Shown here piece after piece: positions 39,757 through 48,400 of a DNA stretch of 64,000 bases (the stretch's first letter is position 1; each line of letters begins with the position of its first letter). Origin of the DNA: Planctomycetota bacterium (GTDB taxonomy: Bacteria; Planctomycetota; GCA-002687715; CAIWVZ01); assembly GCA_044222185.1 (NCBI GenBank), contig JBGANV010000001.1, positions 1,536,001-1,600,000 of the forward strand, written 5' to 3'. A program made the translations under genes and the position numbers. Below the pieces are notes generated by a model. It ran no database searches, was not told where the DNA came from, and saw nothing but the letters and a program-made list of their open reading frames with translations.

Positions 39757-40092
39757 GTGATGTCGTTTCACCTCTTGCAGGGTCAGGGTTCGGACGTTCT
39801 GTCGACGCCTCTCCTCTTCCTCGGCGTCTTCGCCATCTTCTACTTCATCGTGATCCGCCCGCAGGGCCGGGAGCGCAAGAAGCTGGAAGCCGCGCGCGAG
39901 AACCTGAAGAAGGGCGATCGCGTGCTGACCATCGGCGGCGTCCTCGCCAGCGTCCAGCAGGTGAAGGAGAAGGAGATCGTCCTCGATCTCGACGGCAGCT
40001 CGCGAATGACCATCACGAAGGCCGCGATCCAGACGATCTTCACCGACGAAGCCGAGGCCGCGGCCGCGGCGAAATCGGCCAAAGGGAAGTAG
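39757..40092 (+). CDS. yajC: Preprotein translocase subunit YajC
   Basis: IFYFIVIRPQ, LKKGDRVLTIGG. Confidence 0.92.
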   Translation: MMSFHLLQGQGSDVLSTPLLFLGVFAIFYFIVIRPQGRERKKLEAARENLKKGDRVLTIGGVLASVQQVKEKEIVLDLDGSSRMTITKAAIQTIFTDEAEAAAAAKSAKGK

Positions 40093-40134
40093 CCCGACCG
40101 GTCGACGGCTCGCTCCGCTGCGGCGGAGAGAGCC

Positions 40135-40497
40135 ATGCCGCACGAGCCATTTTTTCTCGGACGCTGGGCTGAAGATCGCGCTGAAACCCTCCTGCGGGCG
40201 GCCGGGATCGAGATCCTGGGCCGGAACGTGCGCACCCGGTCCGGCGAGATCGACATCGTCGGACGCGAGGGGCGCGTCCTCGTGATGGTCGAGGTTCGAC
40301 TTCGCCGCGCGAACATCGTCATGGCCTGGCGGAGCCTGGGAACGTCGAAGCGCACCATCCTCCTGCGCACGGCTCGAGAGGTCGCCGCACGGCTGGGGAT
40401 TCCCCGCAGCGTGGCCATCCGCCACGACGTCGTGCTGGCGGACGGTGCAGGCCGCCTCGTTCATCTCCGCGGAGCACTGCGCCGGCCCGAGCCGTAG
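40135..40497 (+). CDS. YraN/UPF0102 family protein
   Basis: LGRWAEDRA, RNVRTRSGEIDIV, LVMVEVR, RHDVV. Confidence 0.85.
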   Translation: MPHEPFFLGRWAEDRAETLLRAAGIEILGRNVRTRSGEIDIVGREGRVLVMVEVRLRRANIVMAWRSLGTSKRTILLRTAREVAARLGIPRSVAIRHDVVLADGAGRLVHLRGALRRPEP

Positions 40498-40563
40498 ATC
40501 CACGGACGACGATGCGCACACTGAGCCGACGCCTGCGGCTATGATCCGCGCTCGGAGGAATCC

Positions 40564-42000
40564 ATGTCACCGATCGACCGGCGTTCCATGCTCGCGATTG
40601 CATTGGCTCTCACGCTCGCCTCGGCGGGTTTGGTTCGCGCTCAGGACGCGGCGCCGGCCTCGCGCCCGACGGGCGGCACGGCCCTCGGTCAACCCAAGGC
40701 CTTCCCCTACCCCTACACCTTCCCCCGCACGCCCGTCGCCGAACTGGTGGCGCGCCGCGCCAAGCTTGCGGCGGCGATCCGTGACGGCGCCGCCGTCGTG
40801 GTTTCGCAGGAGCCCCCGAGCCTCTCCTCTGGGTCTCGCTACCGCCCCGGCCACAACATCCTCTACCTCACGGGCGTGGACACGGACCTGTGCGCGTACG
40901 TGATGGTCGTCCACTCGGGGAAGATCACGAAGGAGACCCTCTTCCTCCCGAAATTCGATCGCTCCTACGAGCTGTGGAACGGCAAGCGGATCGTTGCAAA
41001 CGACGAAGCAACGCAGCTCACGGGGATCGAAGACGTGAAGGCCCTCGGTGCGAACGGACTGTCCGGAGGCGCCGTCAAGAGCCTGGAAACCATGCTCGAG
41101 GAGGTCGCGAACACGGTCACCGGGACCGTCTACATCGAGGCGGGATCGCGACCGCGCCGCGAGGGCACCGGCCTGAACCTCGCCACGTCGACGCGTGCCA
41201 GCCAGATCCTGGACTTCATGAAGTCGCGCAACGGGAAGCTCGAGACCAGCGGGCTCGACGGCTTGATGGGCGACCTCCGCGGCGTGAAGTCGCCGTGGGA
41301 GATCGCGCAGATCCGGGAGGCCGTCCGCGTGACCGGCGAGGGATTCGTCCGCGCGATGCGGCAGGCCCGGCCAGGCATGTGGGAATTCGAGTTCCAGGCG
41401 ATCATGGATCACGCGTTCGACGATTTCGGCTGCACGGGCGTTCCCTACTACCCGATCACGGCTTCCGGGCCGAACGCGTGCACGCTCCACTACACCGAGA
41501 ATCGCCGTCAGTTCCAGGACGGCGACCTCGTGCTGTGCGACATCGCCGCGGAGTACGGCTACTACGCCGCGGACATCACGCGCACGTTCCCCGCAAACGG
41601 GAAGTTCACCGAACGACAACGCATCGTCTACGAGGCGGTTCGCCGCGGCCAGGCCGCGGCAGGCGCCGCGCTCCGGCCTGGCATCGACCTGGGATCACTC
41701 GATCAGATCTGCCGGAAAGCGATGGCCGCCGCCGGCCTCAAGGATTCGGAGATGCACCCGCACGGGCTCAGTCACCACGTCGGGCTCGACGTGCACGACC
41801 TGGGAGGCTTCATGATGAAGCCCGGGATGCTCATCACGATCGAACCGGGGTCGTACCTGAAGCGCGAAGGCTTCGGCGTCCGCATCGAGGACGTCTACCT
41901 GGTGACGGAGACCGGCTCGGAGTGCATCTCATCGGCGATTCCGCGGGAGGTCGAGGAGATCGAGGCACTGGTTGGTGCCGCATGGCGCGCGAGCAAGTGA
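40564..42000 (+). CDS. Exported Xaa-Pro aminopeptidase (M24B)
   Basis: Signal peptide with RR; LYLTG, KSPWEI, TLHY, DIAAEYGYYAADITRT, HGLSHHVGLDVHD, TIEPG, RIED. Confidence 0.92.
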   Translation: MSPIDRRSMLAIALALTLASAGLVRAQDAAPASRPTGGTALGQPKAFPYPYTFPRTPVAELVARRAKLAAAIRDGAAVVVSQEPPSLSSGSRYRPGHNILYLTGVDTDLCAYVMVVHSGKITKETLFLPKFDRSYELWNGKRIVANDEATQLTGIEDVKALGANGLSGGAVKSLETMLEEVANTVTGTVYIEAGSRPRREGTGLNLATSTRASQILDFMKSRNGKLETSGLDGLMGDLRGVKSPWEIAQIREAVRVTGEGFVRAMRQARPGMWEFEFQAIMDHAFDDFGCTGVPYYPITASGPNACTLHYTENRRQFQDGDLVLCDIAAEYGYYAADITRTFPANGKFTERQRIVYEAVRRGQAAAGAALRPGIDLGSLDQICRKAMAAAGLKDSEMHPHGLSHHVGLDVHDLGGFMMKPGMLITIEPGSYLKREGFGVRIEDVYLVTETGSECISSAIPREVEEIEALVGAAWRASK

Positions 42001-42006
42001 CCGGCG

Positions 42007-42195
42007 TCACCACCGCGATCGTTTCAACCGCTCGCGAAACGTGCCCGTCCAGATTCCATACAGCAGGTCGAGGACGATGACGATCGCGAGCGTCACGACG
42101 ACGCCCGCGGCGCCGATGAGACAGCTGAGGAACGTCACGAGATAGCCGACCGCGGCGATCGTCAGTTCAAGCCGACCCGGCGCGCGACGCGGCAC
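42007..42195 (-). CDS. Small 2-TM membrane protein
   Basis: Two hydrophobic segments; fills the gap directly downstream of ribD on the same strand. Confidence 0.55.
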   Translation of the reverse strand: MPRRAPGRLELTIAAVGYLVTFLSCLIGAAGVVVTLAIVIVLDLLYGIWTGTFRERLKRSRW

Positions 42196-42201
42196 GAGCG
42201 A

Positions 42202-43332
42202 TCACCCTTCGCGGTGCTTCGTGACACGGCCCTCGATCACGAGATCCGATCCTGGGTTCCCGTCGTCCTTGTTGACGACGCGGACGTGAACGTCCGACAA
42301 CCACGTGGCGTCCTCGAGCGTCGGGCACCCCACACCTGCGACCGGCCCTGGTGCCGTCATGCCGCCCACGAGCATGGGTGCGATGTAGATCCTCACCCAA
42401 TCCGCGAGGTGGTGGCCGAGCAGGGTGCCGTGGACCGTCGGACCTCCCTCGCAAAGGATGCGGTGCAGCCCTTCCTTGCGCAGGTACTGCAACGCGATCA
42501 CGGGATCGATGCGGCCTGCTTCGCCCTTCGGAATCTCGACGAGCCGGACACCCATGGCTTCGAGTGCGGGCTTGCGCGCCGAGTCCACGTCGGGAGCGTG
42601 CAAGACCCAGGTGGGAATCTGCGCGGCCGACAGGACGACCTTCGACGTGGGGTCGATGTGGAGCCCCGTGTCGAAGACGACCCGCACCGGATTTCGGCCT
42701 TCGACGCCCATCCGGACGGTGAGCTCCGGATCGTCCGTCTTGACCGTGGCCCGGCCGACGAGGATGCCGTCGGATCTGCGGCGCTCTTCGTGTCCTTCCC
42801 GGCGGCTCTCCTCGCTGGTGATCCACCGGCTGTCGCCCGTGATCGTGGCGACCTTGCCGTCGACGGTCATCGCCCACTTCAGGACGACCCACGGAAGCGA
42901 GCGCCGCAGGTAGCCCCCGAACTCCTTGATGAGCTCCGTCGCGGACGGGATCGGCTCCAACTGGACGACCTGGATCCCCGCCGACTCGAGTATGGCTCGC
43001 GCCCGCCCCCCGTTCTGGGGATTGGGATCGCTACACGCGATGAACACGCGACGAATCCCCGTGGCGATGATGGCCTGGGTGCACGGCGGGGTCTTCCCAG
43101 TCGTCGAACACGGTTCGAGGGTGACGTAGAGATCGGCGCCACGCGCGTGGTCGCCTGCGGCCGAGAGTGCGACGACCTCGGCGTGAGGTCCGCCGTATTC
43201 GCGGTGGAATCCCTCGCCGACGATCTGACCGTCCCGCACCACGACGGCGCCGCACCGAGGATTGGGCTCGACGTAACCAGAGCCCTTGCGGGCAAGCTTC
43301 ACGGCACGCTCGATGATCTCGTGAGCGTTCAT
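42202..43332 (-). CDS. ribD: Riboflavin biosynthesis deaminase/reductase
   Basis: PNPRCG, HAEV, TLEPCS...TPPC, DGKVAT...SRWIT, DDPELTVR, EGGP. Confidence 0.96.
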   Translation of the reverse strand: MNAHEIIERAVKLARKGSGYVEPNPRCGAVVVRDGQIVGEGFHREYGGPHAEVVALSAAGDHARGADLYVTLEPCSTTGKTPPCTQAIIATGIRRVFIACSDPNPQNGGRARAILESAGIQVVQLEPIPSATELIKEFGGYLRRSLPWVVLKWAMTVDGKVATITGDSRWITSEESRREGHEERRRSDGILVGRATVKTDDPELTVRMGVEGRNPVRVVFDTGLHIDPTSKVVLSAAQIPTWVLHAPDVDSARKPALEAMGVRLVEIPKGEAGRIDPVIALQYLRKEGLHRILCEGGPTVHGTLLGHHLADWVRIYIAPMLVGGMTAPGPVAGVGCPTLEDATWLSDVHVRVVNKDDGNPGSDLVIEGRVTKHREG

Positions 43333-43371
43333 CTCGACTCTTTCTCCTCGCGAACCGTCAAACGAGCCCCA

Positions 43372-44715
43372 TCACGCCAACTCCGCGATGAAGCAGACCG
43401 ATGAGCATTCCGTCAACCGCACGGGGACGACCTGCCCGGTGAAGTCGCGACCGGCCTTGAAGTGAACGATGTGATTCTGGTGCGTCCGTCCCGTCCAACG
43501 ATCCGCGTCGTTCTTGCTCGGGCCTTCGACGAGGACGTCGACGACGTTGCCGAGGCGACGCTGGTTCTTCGCGAGCGTGAGGTCGCGCTGGATCTCGAGA
43601 AGGGTCGTGTTGCGCTGTTCCTTGACGTCGATGGGCACGTCGTCCGCCCATTCCGACGCGCGCGTCCCTTCGCGGGGTGAATAGCGGAATACGAAGCTCG
43701 ATTGGTAGTCGACCTCGCGCAGCAACGCGACGCTCTGATCGAATTCCGCGTCGGACTCGCCTGGGAAGCCGACGATCCAGTCGGTCGCGAGCGAGAGGTC
43801 CGGAACGTGGCGACGCATGCGCGCCACGGCGGCCCTGTACTCGTCGACCGTGTATCCGCGGTTCATGCGCCGCAGGACGGTGTCGCTCCCGGACTGGACC
43901 GGAAGGTGCAAGTAGCGGGAAACGCGCGGGTGATCGGCGATCGCTCGCGCGAGGTCCTCGGTCATGTGATTCGGGTGCGACGTGATGAACGTCAACCGAA
44001 CGAGTTCCGGCACCTGCTCGTGGATCTCGGAGAGGAGGCGCGCGAGCGTGACGCCGTCGCCGAGGTCCAATCCGTAGGTGTCGACGCGCTGTCCCAGCAA
44101 CGTCACCTCGATCACGCCGTCCTGGACCAGGCGCTTGATCTCGTCCAGGATGTCAGCGATCGGTCGACTCCGCTCGCGCCCCTGAGTGAACGGGACGATG
44201 CAGAAGGTGCAGAACTTGTTGCAGCCCCGCATCACGGTGACGAAGGCCTGGTGCTGCTTGGGACGGACCGAGATGTCGCGAGTGAAACTCAGCTCCTTCT
44301 CATCCACCGCGAGTACGCGTTGCCCGTGCTTCACTTCGTCCAGCAGGGCCACGACGTCCTCGAACCGGTAGGTGCCGACGACGAGGTCGACGTGGGGCGC
44401 CTTCTCGAAGATGAGGTCCTTGTGGTTTTGCGCCATGCAGCCCATGACACCGATGACGGTCGACGGACGCTCCTTCTTCAGCCGCTTCAGGGAGCCGAGC
44501 CGGGCGTACACCTTGTCCTCCGCGTGCTCGCGCACGCTGCAGGTGTAGTAGAGGATCACGTCGGCCTCGCCGGGGGCCGTGGCGCGGCGGAAGCCCGCTC
44601 CCTGAAGACGCCCCGTCACGAGCTCTGAATCCAGCCGGTTCATCTGGCACCCCATGTCCTCCAGGTAGAAGGACGGGGCTTGTTGCTGGCTCAAGTCGAA
44701 CTGCGATAACGCCAT
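43372..44715 (-). CDS. miaB: tRNA-i6A37 methylthiotransferase
   Basis: GCQMN, TCSVRE, GCMAQ, radical-SAM CNKFCTFC, HLPVQSG, TRAM domain. Confidence 0.95.
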   Translation of the reverse strand: MALSQFDLSQQQAPSFYLEDMGCQMNRLDSELVTGRLQGAGFRRATAPGEADVILYYTCSVREHAEDKVYARLGSLKRLKKERPSTVIGVMGCMAQNHKDLIFEKAPHVDLVVGTYRFEDVVALLDEVKHGQRVLAVDEKELSFTRDISVRPKQHQAFVTVMRGCNKFCTFCIVPFTQGRERSRPIADILDEIKRLVQDGVIEVTLLGQRVDTYGLDLGDGVTLARLLSEIHEQVPELVRLTFITSHPNHMTEDLARAIADHPRVSRYLHLPVQSGSDTVLRRMNRGYTVDEYRAAVARMRRHVPDLSLATDWIVGFPGESDAEFDQSVALLREVDYQSSFVFRYSPREGTRASEWADDVPIDVKEQRNTTLLEIQRDLTLAKNQRRLGNVVDVLVEGPSKNDADRWTGRTHQNHIVHFKAGRDFTGQVVPVRLTECSSVCFIAELA

Positions 44716-44754
44716 GGAGCGATTGTCACCGGGGTGAAGGCGCCGAAGCGCGCC

Positions 44755-44782
44755 ATGTTAGCGGCGGCCCCCGCACCGACAA
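44755..44782 (-). promoter_or_regulatory. Putative sigma70 promoter of miaB-ribD
   Basis: Minus strand TTGTCG-16 nt-TAACAT, 40 nt upstream of the miaB ATG. Confidence 0.4.
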
Positions 44783-44997
44783 GCGCGCGGACCAGGGCTC
44801 CGCCGGATGGCGCGGTTCCGTAAGCACAGCTTTACGCATGCAACGTCGCTTTGAGGGTTGGACCCCTCCGCGGCCATGGTGGAGCGGCTTCGCCGGCGGT
44901 TCCCACGTCCGCACGGACGGTCAGATCGCGGGCGGTTCACGCGAGATTCCCGCGCGTTCTTCATCGCGCTCGAAAAGCCGGCGCGACCGACACGCGG

Positions 44998-45013
44998 TGG
45001 CACACCCGTTGCA
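44998..45013 (+). promoter_or_regulatory. Sigma54 (RpoN) -24/-12 promoter
   Basis: TGGCAC-ACCCG-TTGCA matches TGGCAC-N5-TTGCW with exact spacing; intergenic and followed by a structured terminated unit. Confidence 0.75.
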
Positions 45014-45023
45014 ATACACCACA

Positions 45024-45179
45024 TGTCGCGGGCGACCACGGTCGCGCGCAACGAACGAACAACGAGTCGCCGCCTTCGGTGGCTCAAACAGTTTGGCTTC
45101 CGCGAGGAAGTCAAAGCAAGTGTTGGGTGATAGTTCCAAGAGTGAGCCGGTACTCGGAGTGCCGGCTTGCTCTTTTTTT
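45024..45179 (+). ncRNA. Candidate sigma54-dependent small RNA (~155 nt), family not recognised
   Basis: Hairpins at 45028-45049, 45064-45085 and 45092-45115 (GCGA GNRA loop) with A-rich linkers, ending in an intrinsic terminator. G-U wobbles are satisfied only on the + strand. Confidence 0.65.
45138..45179 (+). terminator. Rho-independent terminator
   Basis: 17-bp stem AAGAGTGAGCCGGTACT / AGTGCCGGCTTGCTCTT (3 G-U pairs) running into T7. Confidence 0.85.
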
Positions 45180-45480
45180 GTGCACCGAGCGCACGGTCCG
45201 TCGGCTGGAATTCCAGCCTCGATGGAGCACCGCCCGATTCGCCGAGGGACCTCGGCCCACCTTCCCGCGATCCCCCCGCGCACCGCATGGGCGCGACCGA
45301 GGGAAGCCGGGCACGTCGACGCGACGTCACTCTCGGCCGTGATTTCACGAGGTCGAGTCACGCAGCGGCCTGACGCGACGCTGTCTCCCTCCATGCGCCA
45401 CGCGGACCTGGCGTGACCTTGTGGACTGACCGTCAGTCCGCGGTCGCGCTCGGGGCGTGGTCGCGCGAAAGGAGACGCCC

Positions 45481-48400
45481 ATGAATCGCGTGATCGTGAT
45501 GTCCCTGGCGACGCTCGTCGTCGCAAGCTTCTCACCGGGTCAAGCGGCCCCCCTTCCTGAGACGCTCGTGTCGTACCCGCTTTGGACCGGAACCCTCCAG
45601 AACGTCGTGGACGAACCCATCGCCGCCTACTCGACGACGATCTTCGTGCCCGGGGCGTCCGCGCTCCAGGTCCACTTGGACGAGGTCACCCTCGCGACGG
45701 ACGAGGACGCCGTCGTGTTCCGAAGCCCCATCACGGGCGAAGTCCAACGGATGACACGCGGCGTTCTGAAGCAATGGAAGAACTCGTCGGCGTGGTTCCG
45801 GGGCGCGGCCGTCGAAATGACGGTGACCTTGGCGCCCACATCGGTAGCCGAAGTGTCGGTGGCATCCGTCAGCATCCTCCCCGGGATCACCGTCGACGGG
45901 ACATCCGGGGTCTGCGGCGCCGAGGACCGCGTGGCAAGTTCGTCGAACGCCATCTGCCGATTGCGTGGGAACGGCTTCCTCTGTTCGGGGTCGCTCGCCG
46001 ACAACGGAACCTACTGCGTGTCTGCCGGCCACTGCGTCTCCGACAGCGGCGGGCCGAGCTTCCCGGGCACGCTCGTGCTGGCCGAGTTCAACGTCCCATC
46101 GTCCACGTCATCCGGCACCCTCGTACCCGCGGCCGTTGCCGATCAATACCCGGTCGACGTCGGCTCGATCGACTTCGAGAACGGCGGCACCGGAGCGGAC
46201 TGGTCGGTCTTCCGCCTGCATCCGAACTCGAGCGGAGAGACGGCATTCGCCCGCCAGGGCGCGGCCTTCGGGCTCGCCAGCGCCCTCCCCTTCCCGCTCG
46301 CGACCGTGCGCATGCGCGGGTTCGGCCAGCACGACACCGTGCCGACGCTGAACCGTGCGCCACACACGGCCGCCGGGACGTTCGTCGGGGTCGTGTTCGA
46401 CCTCATCTCGCACCTCGTCGACCTCGACCACGGTGACTCCGGTGGACCGCTCACCGACGCCAACGGAGATCTGATCGGCGTCAACACGCACGCCGGGTGC
46501 AACCCCGTCGGCTCCAATGTCGCAACGAGCATCTTCCGACCTGCGTTCACTGCGGCCCGCAACGCGGCCCGGGCCTGCGGCACGACGACGCTCACGAACA
46601 GCAGCAGCGCGACGCAACTCTCGTGCGAGCCGCGGATCATCTCGATCACGCCCTCGACGACTGCGTGGAACATCGTCGCCGTCTCGGACGCGAACGACGA
46701 CTACGACATCCAGATCGACAACACGATCTCGTCCCAGAACGGAAGCGCCTGCGACTTCCTCGTCTCCGACGGCAACGCAACTCCGACGCCCGATCCCGTC
46801 AATGCGTTCGTGTTCGGAATTGGATCCGTCGGCTTCGGCGACGTCCAGTTCCGGACGGCATCCACCATGAACGTGGGCTCGCTCGCCACGATCGCCTGGG
46901 GCTCCAACCAGCTGGTCGAAATCCGCGAGTTCCTGGTCACGACGACCGACACGTACGACATCACGGTCGCCGGCGCCTCCGGCTTCAACTGGCGTGTCTA
47001 TCGCCCCAACGGCAGCTCGGCGTGGCGTACGCGCTCGAACGCCAACGTCAGCGGCGCCGTGAACGGTGGAACCCTGAACGGCGTCAGCCTCACGCCGGGC
47101 GTCCACGCTCTCGTGATCTTCAAGGACGGGAACCCGGGCGCTGCCAACCCCTCGACGTTCACGGCGATGGTGGCGCATTCGACGCCGAGCGTCGCACTTA
47201 CGACGACGACCACGACGGTGACGGCCGACGGTCAGCCGTTCACGGTCAGCCCCATCGCCGGCAACTGGACCGCAGTGTCGGCCTCCTCGCCCTCTGACTG
47301 GAACATCGCGATCGGAACCGCGTTCGACACGCAAGGCGGAACCATCAGCGCTTTCGTACTCGCCGACGGGCACGCAGGGACGATCACGCCGACGGAAGGC
47401 GTCCTCGATCACGTATCGGGCTCAGACCCGGCCGAAGCCCAGGTCGCAACGGGGACGACGATCTCCGTGAACGACACGTTCGCGACGTCGTTGAGCGCGG
47501 GCAGCGTGATCCGGATCTATCAGTTCAACGTGACGGTCGCAGGAAACTACGACGTCGGCGTGACGGGTGGCGACGGATCGACTGGCCTCAACTGGCGCGT
47601 GTATGCACCGGACGGCAGCAGCGACTGGCGCGGGCGTTCGACGTTCATCACCGGCGGCGACGTCGGTGGAACGATCGCGACCGGGCTGTCGCTGTCGACG
47701 GGTTGGCACGCGCTCGTGGTGTTCCGAGACGGTGGATCCGTCGCGACCGCCACGAGCTATCAAGTCCACGTCTACGCCGCCTCGGCCGTCGACGACCTCA
47801 CGCTCGGCGAGAACAACCTGGTGACCGCACAGAACCAGCTGTTCACCGTTCTGACCGGGCTCGGCCAATGGAACGCCGTCGGCGTGACGAGCACGGGGAC
47901 GACTGAGTGTGATGCCTACATCGGGACCGCGTCTTCGACGGCCTCCGGCGGGGGGAACACGGACTTCGTGCTCTCCAACGGGCACCTGGGCGCCACGCCC
48001 GGCTTCGTCGGGATCGTCACGCGTGACACGGGCACGGACGCCTACGACGTCGAGCGGGCGGCCGTCGCGACGATGGCGATCGGGACGACACTCAACTCGA
48101 CGTTCGCGTCCAACGGGGTCATCCGGCTGTTCGAGTTCCCGGTCACGGCGACGGGCTCGTTCGACGTGACGACCACGGGACTGTCGACGCTGGGATGGAG
48201 CATCTTCGCGCCCGGCTCGAGCGCAGCCTGGATCCGTCGCGCGGACGACGTCACTTCCGGAATCATCGGTGGCGGCGCCGGCATCCTGACGACGACGCAG
48301 ACCGGGACTCACGTGCTCGCCGTCTATCGCACAGGCGCGACGGGCTCCACGGCGGCGTTCTCCGTGACGATCACGCCGCGCAACCCGGTCCCGACCGTCT

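Noticed and set aside
45050-45115. Candidate sRNA as CsrB/RsmZ-type sponge, tRNA, SRP RNA or tracrRNA
   Set aside because: Too few GGA loop motifs; no cloverleaf or SRP loop motif; no cas genes or repeats in the window.
44726-45535. Several 60-200-aa ORFs in the miaB-protease gap
   Set aside because: Mutually overlapping, atypical composition, most cross a strong terminator; non-coding interpretation preferred.
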